A program made the translations under genes and the position numbers. From positions 2,423 through 66,422 of the forward strand of contig JAFRQK010000025.1 of assembly GCA_017428635.1 (NCBI GenBank): 64,000 nt of DNA, given 5' to 3'. The notes beneath the pieces were generated by a model. That model was not told the DNA's origin and searched no databases. It saw nothing but the letters and a program-made list of their open reading frames with translations. Positions 1 through 9,371 of the stretch are shown one piece after another (the first letter of the stretch is position 1; every line of letters starts with the position of its first letter). The DNA is from Clostridia bacterium. Its GTDB lineage: Bacteria; Bacillota; Clostridia; Oscillospirales; CAG-272.

Positions 1-266
1 TGACGGTACCCGTGAGCGGCGATCTCGAAGGACGGGTCACGGAAAAGTTCCTTCGCCTGACTCACCGTGAGCGGGATCGCATCCCTGCCCTCGGGCTTGA
101 CCGTCCCCTCGGGGCTGAAAAGACCGGAGTTGAGGTTGAACGTACCCTTTATTCCGTACTTTTTCATGATCGACGCCATTCTGATATCGGTGTCGATACC
201 GTCGTCGAAACTCATCGTGAACGCCTTGGTCTTGAATCCCGGGAACATCAAAGTCACTTTATTCAT
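1..266 (-). CDS. polysaccharide deacetylase (NodB/CE4-type) family protein, N-terminal part only; the gene runs off the window start
   Basis: Hand translation of the reverse strand from ATG 266 gives MNKVTLMFPGFKTKAFTMSFDDGIDTDIRMASIMKKYGIKGTFNLNSG...EIAAHGYR. The SFDDG motif and a downstream His are typical of NodB-homology deacetylases. It is absent from the ORF track because the window edge cuts it. Confidence 0.6.
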   Translation of the reverse strand, partial: MNKVTLMFPGFKTKAFTMSFDDGIDTDIRMASIMKKYGIKGTFNLNSGLFSPEGTVKPEGRDAIPLTVSQAKELFRDPSFEIAAHGYR

Positions 267-268
267 AT

Positions 269-808
269 TCAAACCCTTTCGCCGGAATTGATTATCTCGA
301 ATATCGCGTCCCAGCGGGCGCGGTGTTCATCGTCGATTAAGTCGGGAAAGAAACCGGCGCGCAGATAACTGCGGATCGCCGGGATCCTGAAATCGTCCGT
401 CGTGAGGTACGCCGTCTCAAGCCCGGCGCGGTGGAGGGCTCTCAGCGCCTCGACGTTCAGACGCGTGCCGACGCCCCGCCCCCTGTATTCGTCGCGGCAG
501 GCGACCATGTGGATATACCCCTCTTTTTTGTCGTAGTGCGGGATCACGGCGAGCGTCGCGACGGGATCGCCGTCCTTTTCCACAATGAAAAATTTATCGA
601 ACTCGGGATCTCCGTGTTCGTACATACACGTCCTGAAGAACTCGGGCGTCATCTTCTCTCCGGTCAGACCGCACTTCACGATCTCGAGCCATTTGTCGAT
701 ATCGGAATCCGATCCGTCGAACGTACGGCAGGTGAGGTCGCCCCAGTCGGGCGCGTCGGGACACACGGGCGTCCTTTTCTTTTCCCACCTCATTACAAGC
801 TGTTCCAT
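269..808 (-). CDS. GNAT family N-acetyltransferase
   Basis: 179-aa ORF. The acetyl-CoA binding motif region reads ...ACRDEYRGRGVGTRLNVEALRALHRAGLETAYLTT.... Confidence 0.8.
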   Translation of the reverse strand: MEQLVMRWEKKRTPVCPDAPDWGDLTCRTFDGSDSDIDKWLEIVKCGLTGEKMTPEFFRTCMYEHGDPEFDKFFIVEKDGDPVATLAVIPHYDKKEGYIHMVACRDEYRGRGVGTRLNVEALRALHRAGLETAYLTTDDFRIPAIRSYLRAGFFPDLIDDEHRARWDAIFEIINSGERV

Positions 809-882
809 ACAGAGACCTCCGCAGGCGAAATCATCGGTTCAATAATAGCACGGGCGGAGCGGTCTGTCAAGCGCGGGGCGGG

Positions 883-912
883 TTGACACCACCCGCCCGC
901 GTTTGATATAAT
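883..912 (+). promoter_or_regulatory. sigma-70-type promoter for the barnase/barstar genes
   Basis: TTGACA (883-888), an 18-nt spacer, then TGaTATAAT (extended -10, TATAAT at 907-912). AAGGAGG follows 10 nt before ATG 940. An imperfect GC-rich inverted repeat (about 872-883 / 891-901) overlaps the -35. Confidence 0.6.
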
Positions 913-939
913 ACGGATGAAAAAGGAGGTCGTCTCCAT

Positions 940-1476
940 ATGAAATTACGCGTTTTATCACTGCTGCTCGCAGTCGTTGCGATCCTATCCCTCACGGCAT
1001 GCAATTTCTCCGATCTGTTCTCGGAGATCGAAAAGGAACTGCCCGGGATCTCGACGGAGGAAGCAAAACCCGATACCCCCGCGACAGTACCGGAAACGGG
1101 TCCCGCGGAGCCCGAAAACACGCTCCCCGAGGACGGCGAGTACGACAGCCGCGACGAGGTCGCGCTTTACGTTCATTTATACGGCCGTCTTCCGTCGAAT
1201 TACATCACTAAAAAAGAGGCGGAAAAACTCGGCTGGTCAGGCGGCGGGCTCGACGCTTACGCTCCCGGGAAGTCGATCGGAGGCTCGCGTTTCGGCAACT
1301 ACGAGGGACGCCTTCCGGAAGCGCCGGGCCGCGAATACTACGAGTGCGATATCGGCACGCGCGGCAAGAGCTCGCGCGGCGCTAAACGGCTCGTTTACTC
1401 AAACGACGGCCTGATCTATTATACCGAGGATCACTACGAATCGTTCGTACTGCTTTACGGCGACGAGGGCTCGTGA
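940..1476 (+). CDS. barnase-like guanyl-specific ribonuclease with a lipoprotein-type signal peptide
   Basis: The C-terminal ~110 aa align by eye with Bacillus barnase: LPSNYITKKEAEKLGWSGGGLDAYAPGKSIGGSRFGNYEGRLP...REYYECDI...RLVYSNDGLIYYTEDHYESF. The N-terminus MKLRVLSLLLAVVAILSLTAC has a lipobox (LTAC). Confidence 0.85.
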   Translation: MKLRVLSLLLAVVAILSLTACNFSDLFSEIEKELPGISTEEAKPDTPATVPETGPAEPENTLPEDGEYDSRDEVALYVHLYGRLPSNYITKKEAEKLGWSGGGLDAYAPGKSIGGSRFGNYEGRLPEAPGREYYECDIGTRGKSSRGAKRLVYSNDGLIYYTEDHYESFVLLYGDEGS

Positions 1477-1490
1477 CGGGGTGAAGTGAA

Positions 1491-1793
1491 ATGAAGATAA
1501 TTTATATCGACGGTGAAAAACTGGAAAGCGCCGACGGATTCTACGGCGCGTTCAGAGACGCCCTGCCCGAGGCGGAGCTTTACGGGAACAATCTCGACGC
1601 GCTTTACGACGCGCTGTCCGTTCTGCGCGGGGATATCGGGATAATTATGGTGAACACGGACGCGATCCGCTCGATCCCCGGCGTCAGGTGGCACGGACTT
1701 GTCCGTATGCTCGAAGACCTGACCGGCGAGAGAGACAATATAAGAGTGCTGATCGATCCGTTCGAGACGGACGACGCTCTGATCGATTTCTGA
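1491..1793 (+). CDS. barstar-like ribonuclease inhibitor
   Basis: 100-aa ORF starting 15 nt after the RNase gene. It reads MKIIYIDGEKLESADGFYGAFRDALPEAELYGNNLDALYDAL..., matching the barstar ...LPEYYGENLDALWDCL... core. Confidence 0.8.
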   Translation: MKIIYIDGEKLESADGFYGAFRDALPEAELYGNNLDALYDALSVLRGDIGIIMVNTDAIRSIPGVRWHGLVRMLEDLTGERDNIRVLIDPFETDDALIDF

Positions 1794-3109
1794 TGAAAAA
1801 AGAAGAAAAGGCGCCGAGTTACGCCCTGTTCACGCTCGGGTGCCGAGTCAATCAGTACGAGTCGGACGCGATAGGCGAGATTCTGCGCGGCGAGGGTTTT
1901 TTGCCCGCCCCGCGCGGCGAGGCGGCGGACGTGTACGTGATCAACACTTGCGCGGTGACCGCGGAAAGCGAGAGAAAATCGCGCCAGCTCATCAGGCGCG
2001 CGCGAGCGGCGAACCCCGCGGCGGCGGTCGTCGTAACCGGGTGTTCCGCCGAACTCGAGGGAGCCGCTCTCGCGGATCTCGGTGCGGACGCCGTATGCGG
2101 AAACGCCGCCAAAGCCGAAATTCCGGCGACCGTGCGTAAGATACTGTCAAACAGAGAAAAAGTCCCCGTCAGCGTGCCGGATCTTTCGACCGCTCCGTAC
2201 GACGGGTTATCCGTTTCAGAGCCGAAAAGGGCGAGGACGTATATAAAGATCGAGGACGGGTGCTCGAACAGGTGCGCGTACTGCGTGATCCCCCGCGTGA
2301 GAGGACCCGTACGCTCGCGGGATCCCGACGGCGTGCTGAGAGAAGCGGAGATCCTGCTCGGCTCGGGCGTCAGGGAGATCATCCTGACCGGGATCGAGAC
2401 AGGCTCTTACGGCGAAGATCTCGGTGACCGGGGCGGGCTCGTACGTCTGTTGTACCGTCTCGACGCGCTCGGCGTGCCCCGGGTCGGTATGGGATCGCTC
2501 GACCCGTCCGTTCTGAGGGACGATTTCATCGAGGCGGCGGCGACGCTGCCGTCCGTCCTGCCTCATTTCCATATATCGGTACAGAGCGGCTCGTCCGCGA
2601 CGCTGAAAAGAATGAGACGGAAGTATTCCGCAGAGCAGTTGAGCGACAGGATCGCGGCGCTGCGCTGCGCGGTCCCGGACGTGACGCTCAGCGCGGACGT
2701 CATAACCGGTTTTCCCGGCGAGACGGACGCGGAATTTGACGAAACGCTCGCTCTGATGAGTGAAATAAAGTTTCTGCACCTTCACGTTTTCCCGTATTCG
2801 TCCCGACCGGGGACGGAAGCGGCAAAGATGGCGGATCAGATCCCCGTCGCCGTAAGAAGAGAGAGGGCGGCGGAACTCTCCCGCGGGCAAGCGGAAATAA
2901 AGGGCGATCTGCTCGCGCGGTACGCGGCGGATCACGCGGCGGATCCCGTCGCAGTGCTCGTTGAAAAATACGAGCGGGGCACGGCGAGCGGCCACAGCGA
3001 ACACTGGGTCGACGTGTGCTTCGACGGCTCCCCCGCCGACGTCGGCAGGATATTGAACGTCGCAACGGTCTCATCTAACGGCACGTGCGTAAAAGGAAAG
3101 AAAGCATAA
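1793..3109 (+). CDS. mtaB: radical-SAM tRNA methylthiotransferase, MtaB-like
   Basis: MKKEEKAPSYALFTLGCRVNQYESD..., a radical-SAM CxxxCxxC motif (CSNRCAYCVIP), and a TRAM-like C-terminus. I moved the start to ATG 1793 (TGATG overlap with the barstar stop). The track ORF from 1688 is an upstream extension overlapping barstar. Confidence 0.8.
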   Translation: MKKEEKAPSYALFTLGCRVNQYESDAIGEILRGEGFLPAPRGEAADVYVINTCAVTAESERKSRQLIRRARAANPAAAVVVTGCSAELEGAALADLGADAVCGNAAKAEIPATVRKILSNREKVPVSVPDLSTAPYDGLSVSEPKRARTYIKIEDGCSNRCAYCVIPRVRGPVRSRDPDGVLREAEILLGSGVREIILTGIETGSYGEDLGDRGGLVRLLYRLDALGVPRVGMGSLDPSVLRDDFIEAAATLPSVLPHFHISVQSGSSATLKRMRRKYSAEQLSDRIAALRCAVPDVTLSADVITGFPGETDAEFDETLALMSEIKFLHLHVFPYSSRPGTEAAKMADQIPVAVRRERAAELSRGQAEIKGDLLARYAADHAADPVAVLVEKYERGTASGHSEHWVDVCFDGSPADVGRILNVATVSSNGTCVKGKKA

Positions 3110-3147
3110 AAAAAGCTTCGCGGATTACCGCGAAGCTTTTTTTGTTT
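3108..3147. terminator. bidirectional rho-independent terminator between mtaB and ftsZ
   Basis: A 13-bp perfect stem, AAAAGCTTCGCGG (3111-3123) / CCGCGAAGCTTTT (3128-3140), with loop ATTA and A/T runs on both sides. Confidence 0.75.
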
Positions 3148-3153
3148 TTGAGT

Positions 3154-4275
3154 TTAGCCTCTGTTTTTCTTCAGCATGTCCATGATCTCGTTGATGTCGT
3201 CGTCTGAGACGATCGACTCGGCGACCTCGGGCATCTCCTCGGGAGCGACCTCGGCGGGAGTTTCCTTAACGGAGGTCTCGAGCGTTCCGTCCTCGCGCTT
3301 CTTCATAACGAGTTTCTCGTTCTTGTTGTCGAAGCCGGTCGCGATGATCGTGATCTTCATCTCGTCTTCGAGTTCGGAGTCGAACGCGACGCCCCAGATC
3401 ACGGTAGCGTCCTCGTGCGCCTGAGCGGCGATCATCGAGGAAGCGGTGTCGATGTCGGAGAGTTCGATATCGGGAGAAGCGGTGATGCTGACGAGAATAC
3501 CCATCGAGCCCGCGATCGTCGTCTCAAGCAGAGGCGAGGAGATCGCCTGCTTGGCCGCCGTCTCGGCCTTGTCCTTGCCGCTGCCCTGACCTACGCCCAT
3601 ATGAGCGTAACCGGCGTTTCTCATTACGGTGGAGACGTCGGCGAAGTCGAGGTTCAGGTACTGAGGAACGTTGATGAGTTCGCAGATGCTCTGCACGCCG
3701 TGACGGAGAACGTCGTCGGCGACTTCAAAGGCGTTGAGGAGAGTGATCCTCTCGCCGATCTGTTTCAGTTTTTCGTTCGGGATTATAATGAGAGAATCGA
3801 CGTACTGGCTGAGGTTCGCGATACCCATTTCAGCCTGATCCATTCTCTTCTTGCCTTCGAACGCGAACGGCTTGGTGACGATACCGACGGTGAGGATGCC
3901 CATTTCCTGCGCTATCCTCGCGACGATCGGAGCCGCGCCGGTCCCGGTGCCGCCGCCCATACCGGCGGTGACGAAGACCATCTCTGCGCCCGCGAGTGCG
4001 TTTTTGATCTCTTCGATATTCTCTTCGGCGGCTTTGGCGCCCATCTCGGGATTCGAGCCCGCGCCGTTGCCCTTGGTGACCTTCTCACCGATCGGGACCT
4101 TAATGGTCGCGCTCGAGTGAAGAAGCGTCTGATTGTCGGTGTTGATCGCGATGAAGTCCACTCCGCGGACGTTCGTAACGATCATTCTGTTGACGGCGTT
4201 TCCGCCGCCTCCGCCGACGCCTATTACTTTTATGTTGACCTTGCTCTGCTGTCCTTCGTCGAATTCAAATGGCAT
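3154..4275 (-). CDS. ftsZ: cell division GTPase FtsZ
   Basis: [15 protein letters not shown] and [12 protein letters not shown] tubulin-signature motifs. The start is set at ATG 4275 (MPFEFDEG), preceded by TAAGGAGG. Confidence 0.95.
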   Translation of the reverse strand: MPFEFDEGQQSKVNIKVIGVGGGGGNAVNRMIVTNVRGVDFIAINTDNQTLLHSSATIKVPIGEKVTKGNGAGSNPEMGAKAAEENIEEIKNALAGAEMVFVTAGMGGGTGTGAAPIVARIAQEMGILTVGIVTKPFAFEGKKRMDQAEMGIANLSQYVDSLIIIPNEKLKQIGERITLLNAFEVADDVLRHGVQSICELINVPQYLNLDFADVSTVMRNAGYAHMGVGQGSGKDKAETAAKQAISSPLLETTIAGSMGILVSITASPDIELSDIDTASSMIAAQAHEDATVIWGVAFDSELEDEMKITIIATGFDNKNEKLVMKKREDGTLETSVKETPAEVAPEEMPEVAESIVSDDDINEIMDMLKKNRG

Positions 4276-4362
4276 TTTCTCTGCCTCCTTATCCGGATTT
4301 ATACGATTTTTTCGCATCTTTCTGTCCGTTTACGGACTTGATCGAGCATATACCTAAACAAT

Positions 4363-4391
4363 ATAATACCTCATACGATGAATTTTTGCAA
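4363..4391 (-). promoter_or_regulatory. candidate sigma-70 promoter for ftsZ
   Basis: On the minus strand: TTGCAA (4391-4386), a 17-nt spacer, then TATTAT (4368-4363). It sits in an AT-rich 260-nt gap upstream of ftsZ. Confidence 0.5.
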
Positions 4392-4432
4392 GAGATTTTC
4401 AAAAATATTTTAGACAAACTGGCAAAAAAGTC

Positions 4433-4476
4433 AAAAAATGGCTCAAAAACGCGGTTTTACTGCGGTTTTGAGCCAT
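4433..4476 (-). terminator. candidate terminator downstream of ftsQ
   Basis: The minus strand reads TGGCTCAAAACCGCAGTAAAACCGCGTTTTTGAGCCA followed by TTTTTT. The stem is imperfect. Confidence 0.5.
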
Positions 4477-4536
4477 TCGAAATTATAATTTGAATTTGTC
4501 TATTATATGATTTTATTTTTTAGTCATTTGTCGAAT

Positions 4537-5685
4537 TCAGTCGATCGCGATCGTTCCGTCAAAGACTACGCTCGTTTTCGAGGGATCGGAAAGATTGAGA
4601 CGCGCCTTGTTTCCGGAGGAGAACATCGGATCCTCCAAAACCTTCGCCGCGGTGGCGAATTTCACGTCGATATCGGTCGACGAGCCGAAAATGAGAAGAT
4701 ACTTTCCGTCGCACGAAGCCTCTATGTTGTAAAGATCCCTCAGGTCGATCGACGATACCCTGTCGCAGAGATCGCTGTCCGCCGCCGCCTCGAGCGTCGC
4801 TCTGATCGAGCGTTCGTCTTTTTCCCCGGCGAACTCGATAAGGCGTCCTTCGACCGAGTAAGATACCGCGGGCAGTTTCAATTTTATGAGAGTTTCCGGA
4901 ACCGGTTCGCCCTCCGCGAGCGTATCGAGTACGCGCAGCCCGTCGGAAAGGACCACCGTTTTACCGAATATTTCCGCGAAGTACGCCGGAACGTCTTCGG
5001 TAACGTTCAGGGTCACCGTTCCCGGAGGAGACCTCCTCACCTCGACGTGCTCAACGTAGGGACACTTGAACGTCACCTTCGAATCGGTCGCGCTCGCGCG
5101 GAACGAGTAAAGATTGAGCCCTTTGCTGACGCCCGACGCTTCGATTATCTCTTCCGCCGCGTACGTCAGATTTCCTTCGACCGTAATATTTCTTACGACG
5201 AAGACGAGTTTGTAAAAGCCGAAAACGAAAAGGACCGTGAACAGAATGATCATCAGAGCAAGCAGAAGTCCGCGCCGTCTCTCGATGAATTTTCTTCTCG
5301 AAGACGCGCGTCTTCTCGCATCGTCAACGTCGTCGCGATGCTTATCTTTCATCGCCCCGTCCTGCCTGCGCGGCGCCTCCGCGGCAAATGCGCCTCCTGC
5401 TCCGCCCCGCGGACTTTCAAAGCCGACCTTATAGACCTTCGGCTTGAAATCTGCGGGGTCGTACTGACCGCGCCTGAGTTTTTCCGTCTCTTTGAGAGAA
5501 GGTTCGTCGTAATAGAAATCGCGGAGTTCGCTCTCGTCCGGCTGTTTCATTTGGAACTCCGGCGGGCGTTTCGGCTCTTCGCGTCTTTCCGCCGCGTCCG
5601 AAAAAGAGGCTCGGTTCCTTCTCCCGTACGCGCGCTCGATGCGCGCCATCTTTTCTTTCTTTGAAAAGATCCCGTCGGGGTACAC
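4537..5685 (-). CDS. ftsQ: cell division protein FtsQ/DivIB (POTRA domain) with a long basic N-terminal tail
   Basis: One TM helix at about residue 139, then a POTRA-like segment (VRNITVEGNLTYAAEEIIEASGV...). Its position between murG and ftsZ also fits. The start is ambiguous (ATG 5685 or 5649). Confidence 0.8.
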   Translation of the reverse strand: MYPDGIFSKKEKMARIERAYGRRNRASFSDAAERREEPKRPPEFQMKQPDESELRDFYYDEPSLKETEKLRRGQYDPADFKPKVYKVGFESPRGGAGGAFAAEAPRRQDGAMKDKHRDDVDDARRRASSRRKFIERRRGLLLALMIILFTVLFVFGFYKLVFVVRNITVEGNLTYAAEEIIEASGVSKGLNLYSFRASATDSKVTFKCPYVEHVEVRRSPPGTVTLNVTEDVPAYFAEIFGKTVVLSDGLRVLDTLAEGEPVPETLIKLKLPAVSYSVEGRLIEFAGEKDERSIRATLEAAADSDLCDRVSSIDLRDLYNIEASCDGKYLLIFGSSTDIDVKFATAAKVLEDPMFSSGNKARLNLSDPSKTSVVFDGTIAID

Positions 5686-5778
5686 GTAAAAGACGGTCTG
5701 CCTTCCGGCATCCGTTCCGGTATTCGGTTGTGAGTTTACCGTAAGACAGCCCTCCTTTCCGCGAATTATCTGCCGTAT

Positions 5779-6909
5779 CTATTTCCTCAGAAGTTCTTTG
5801 ATGTCCTCGTATATGAGCTTGTTTGCGTCCGGCGTCGCGAAAGCGGTAACGTTTTCGCGCATCCGCGCCGCTTCCCCCGCCCCCTCGTCGGACAGAAGTC
5901 TTTCTACCGTTTCCGGCAGCAGAGCGGGATCCTCTACGAGTTCTTTTTCCTCGAAAAGGAGCGCCGCGCCCGCGTCCGCAAGAACTTTGGCATTTTTATA
6001 CTGATGGTTTTCCGCGACGTTCGGACTGGGTATGAAGATCGCGCATTTTCCGCACATCGCGATCTCGGATACCGTCATCGCGCCCGCGCGGCAGATAACG
6101 ACGTCCGCCGCAGCCATTCGCAGCGGCATATCGTAGATGAATTCGAGAAATTCGATGTTCGGGTATTTATCGAGCCCCGCGTCCTTGAAAAGGCCGGTGC
6201 AGATCTCGTGTTCTATCGAGCCCGTGGCGTGAACGTGCAGCGTCTCCGGATGGTCCGCGGTGTACCGTTTCATCACCTCGAGCGCCGCGTCGTTCACCTT
6301 TTCCGCGCCCATACTCCCGCCGTATGACAGGATCATTTTTTCGTACTTCCCCGCTATTCCGAGCTCGTTGCGCGCCTCTTCCCTCGATACGGAATGGAAT
6401 CCGGACGATACGGGATTCCCGACGTGAAGAAGCTTATCCCTGTATTTCGGATTTATCGACTCTGCGGTTTTCTCGAAGTTCAGCCAAATGCGATCGGCGC
6501 GTCCGACGAGCATCTTGACCGCGACTCCCGCGATGGCGTTCGATTCGTGAAGCGCCGTGGGGATCCCCATATCCGCCGCCGCCTTCACGACGGGCCAGCA
6601 GACGTAGCCGCCCGTTCCTATAACTATATCCGGACGGAACTCTCGGATGATCTTTTTTGCCTTGTGGGGCGAGGTCACGGCAAGATAAGCCGCCTTGATA
6701 TTCGACAAAGACAGCGACCGCTTGATACCCCTGACCTCTACGTGGTACATCGGGTAGCCCGCGCGGCCGACGAGTTTGTTCTCGATCCCGCGTTTTGTTC
6801 CTACGTACGCGATCACGGCGTCGGGATCGTTCTGTTTTATCGTTCTGGCGATGGCGAGAGCGGGATTAACGTGTCCGCCCGTTCCTCCGCCCGTCATGAG
6901 AACTCGCAT
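5779..6909 (-). CDS. murG: undecaprenyldiphospho-muramoylpentapeptide beta-N-acetylglucosaminyltransferase MurG
   Basis: MRVLMTGGGTGGHVNPALA... N-terminal G-loop, a length of 376 aa, and dcw context. Confidence 0.95.
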   Translation of the reverse strand: MRVLMTGGGTGGHVNPALAIARTIKQNDPDAVIAYVGTKRGIENKLVGRAGYPMYHVEVRGIKRSLSLSNIKAAYLAVTSPHKAKKIIREFRPDIVIGTGGYVCWPVVKAAADMGIPTALHESNAIAGVAVKMLVGRADRIWLNFEKTAESINPKYRDKLLHVGNPVSSGFHSVSREEARNELGIAGKYEKMILSYGGSMGAEKVNDAALEVMKRYTADHPETLHVHATGSIEHEICTGLFKDAGLDKYPNIEFLEFIYDMPLRMAAADVVICRAGAMTVSEIAMCGKCAIFIPSPNVAENHQYKNAKVLADAGAALLFEEKELVEDPALLPETVERLLSDEGAGEAARMRENVTAFATPDANKLIYEDIKELLRK

Positions 6910-6925
6910 GGGTTACCCCTCCGTA

Positions 6926-8314
6926 TCAGATCGTTTTCTTTCGGTAGAAGTGGCGTGAGATAGACAGAATAAGCCCCATCTCCGCCATGAGCATTATGAG
7001 CGACGAACCTCCGTACGATATGAACGGAAGCGAAATGCCCGTGTTCGGAATGATGTCGCAGACGACCATCATATTGAGGAACGCCTGAAGACCGACCTGA
7101 GTTACGGCTCCGAACACAAGAAGCGTCGAGAACGTGTCGGGCGCTCTCATCGCGATAACGTAGCCTCGCCAAATAAATGCGACGAACAGAACGATGAGGA
7201 AGAGCGCTCCGATAAATCCGAGTTCCTCGCACCATATCGAGAAGATGAAGTCGTTGTGAGCCATCGAAACGTAGCTGTGTTTCTGATTGCTCTGACCGAA
7301 TCCCAGTCCGAAAAGACCGCCCGACCCGATGGCGAGCACGCCCTGATGCGTCTGCCAGCCTTCGCCGAGAATATCCACGTCCTCGGACGTAAACGTGACG
7401 AGCCTTTTGAGCGCGTACGGGTTTTTCATAATGAAAACACCGACGGCCAGCGCGCCTCCCACAGCGGATGTCAGGAGCGTATATTTGAGGTTGCAGCCTC
7501 CGATCAGCATAACGGAAATACCGAGGAAAGCGAGGATGATCGTACCCGAAAGATGCTTTTCGAGCATGACCATTCCGCAGGCGACGGCGATGAATCCGAA
7601 CGGGTAGAGAGTATTATACTTGAACTTTTCCCAGAAACCCGTCGCCTCTTTCATCCGGTCCTTGTATTTGTCGATATACCACGCAAGGATAAGGACGAGC
7701 CCGATCTTCATTATTTCGGACGGCTGGACGGAAAACGAACCGATATATATCCACCGCTTCGCCTCGCCTTCGCTCGTTCCTATCACGAGAACGGCGGCAA
7801 GCAGTACGAACGCGATCCCGTAAACGGCGATCGGTCCCCATCTCTTGTAAAGGCGGAACGGCACGAACGACGCCAACACCATCGCGACGCCGCCGATACC
7901 GGCGTAGATCAGGTGTTTTTTGAGATATTTGAATCCGTCTCCGCTTTCGGAAAGTCCCGTGGGATAACTTGCGCTGAATACCATTATCGCGCCGAGAGTG
8001 ACGAGAAGGATGACCAGCGCGAGCATTATCTTGTCAACGCCGCCGCGGACGCGTTCGACGCCGCTCTGCCACTCTTTTTCCCTGCGCTCGTCGTTTATGG
8101 TGCGAAGTTCCGCTCTCGTCCGCACGAGCTCGCGCCTTCCCGTACTTGCGACCTGACGCGGCTCGGTACGCCGCCTCTGCGCCGCTTGTCCGTTCGACGG
8201 TCCCCCCGTCCTGCCTCCTCCGGGATATCCGGCAGGACGTCTTGCCGCGCTGCGCGCGTTTCCCGTGCGCCGAGCCGATGAGTTGTCCCCGCCGGTCGCT
8301 TTTTTATCTGCCAT
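6926..8314 (-). CDS. ftsW: SEDS-family peptidoglycan glycosyltransferase FtsW/SpoVE-like, with a ~95-aa Arg/Gly-rich N-terminal extension
   Basis: Multi-TM SEDS core (...SEIMKIGLVL..., ...HNDFIFSIWCEELGFIGA..., ...GISLPFISYGGSS...) in dcw context. Confidence 0.9.
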   Translation of the reverse strand: MADKKATGGDNSSARRTGNARSAARRPAGYPGGGRTGGPSNGQAAQRRRTEPRQVASTGRRELVRTRAELRTINDERREKEWQSGVERVRGGVDKIMLALVILLVTLGAIMVFSASYPTGLSESGDGFKYLKKHLIYAGIGGVAMVLASFVPFRLYKRWGPIAVYGIAFVLLAAVLVIGTSEGEAKRWIYIGSFSVQPSEIMKIGLVLILAWYIDKYKDRMKEATGFWEKFKYNTLYPFGFIAVACGMVMLEKHLSGTIILAFLGISVMLIGGCNLKYTLLTSAVGGALAVGVFIMKNPYALKRLVTFTSEDVDILGEGWQTHQGVLAIGSGGLFGLGFGQSNQKHSYVSMAHNDFIFSIWCEELGFIGALFLIVLFVAFIWRGYVIAMRAPDTFSTLLVFGAVTQVGLQAFLNMMVVCDIIPNTGISLPFISYGGSSLIMLMAEMGLILSISRHFYRKKTI

Positions 8315-8355
8315 CAGGACGCCTGCCTTTCTTTAAGATTTGTAAGGTAATACGA

Positions 8356-9357
8356 TCAAAGACCGAAGAACGCGGCGACGCACAGAAGCGCCGTCACCGA
8401 CGAGAATACCGCGACTATTTTTATCTCGGACCATCCGCACTGTTCAAAGTGGTGATGGATGGGAGACATTTTGAAAAGCCTTTTGCCGTGCGTGAGTTTG
8501 AAATATGCGACCTGGAGCATAACGGAAAGCGTCTCGATAATGTAGACGAGGCCCGCCACGACGATGATCAGCGGATTCTTTATCATAAACGCTCCGCCGA
8601 CGATCAGACCGCCCAGAAAGAGCGATCCCGTGTCGCCCATGAATACTCTGGCGGGATAGAAGTTATATATGAGGAAACCCGCCGTTCCCCCGATGAGCAG
8701 ACCGCCGAGAGTGACCGCTCTTCCGTCCGTGCCGAAAGAGGTAAAACCGGCGACGGCAAAGAAGATCCCGACGACGAGCGTGATACCCGAGGCGAGACCG
8801 TCGATCCCGTCGGTCAGGTTAACGCTGTTCATCATCCCGCAAATAAGGATGAGAGCGAATAAGTAGAAGAATATCCCCATATCCCACGTGACGTTGAAAT
8901 ACGGGATGTAAAGCTCCGTGCTCATATTGCAGATAAATCTCATCCCGAGAAGGTAAAGCGCCGCGGCTATGACCTGAAGAAGAAACTTCTGCGGAGCGGT
9001 GAGCCCTTCGTTGCGCTTGTTGCGCAGTTTCGCGCGGTCGTCGATACAACCGATGAATCCTCCCGCAAGCCCGAGACAGAGAGTGAGCACGAGCGGCGTC
9101 GCCGCTTCGGCTCCGTCTTTTATCCAAAGAAAGACGCTCGCGGCCACTCCGATCAGGATAACGGGGACGATAAAAGCGATCCCGCCCATGGTGGGAGTGC
9201 CCTCTTTGCTTTTGTGCCATCTCGGTCCTATCTCGAGGATCTTCTGGCCCATTTTGCGGCTTTTCAGGACCGGTATCAGAAATCTCGATATCACCGCCGT
9301 GGCGGCGAACGTCAGGATGAGGGAAACGACGAAAAGGATCTTATATTCCATATTCAC
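8356..9357 (-). CDS. mraY: phospho-N-acetylmuramoyl-pentapeptide transferase MraY
   Basis: GTPTMGG, NLTDGIDGLA and FMGDTGSL motifs. Confidence 0.95.
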   Translation of the reverse strand: MNMEYKILFVVSLILTFAATAVISRFLIPVLKSRKMGQKILEIGPRWHKSKEGTPTMGGIAFIVPVILIGVAASVFLWIKDGAEAATPLVLTLCLGLAGGFIGCIDDRAKLRNKRNEGLTAPQKFLLQVIAAALYLLGMRFICNMSTELYIPYFNVTWDMGIFFYLFALILICGMMNSVNLTDGIDGLASGITLVVGIFFAVAGFTSFGTDGRAVTLGGLLIGGTAGFLIYNFYPARVFMGDTGSLFLGGLIVGGAFMIKNPLIIVVAGLVYIIETLSVMLQVAYFKLTHGKRLFKMSPIHHHFEQCGWSEIKIVAVFSSVTALLCVAAFFGL

Positions 9358-9371
9358 TCACCGTGCGCCTT

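Noticed and set aside
1688-1792. A 35-aa N-terminal extension of the mtaB ORF overlaps barstar.
   Set aside because: The extension is Arg-rich and lies entirely within the better-supported barstar frame. The MKKEEK start at 1793 gives the canonical MtaB N-terminus.
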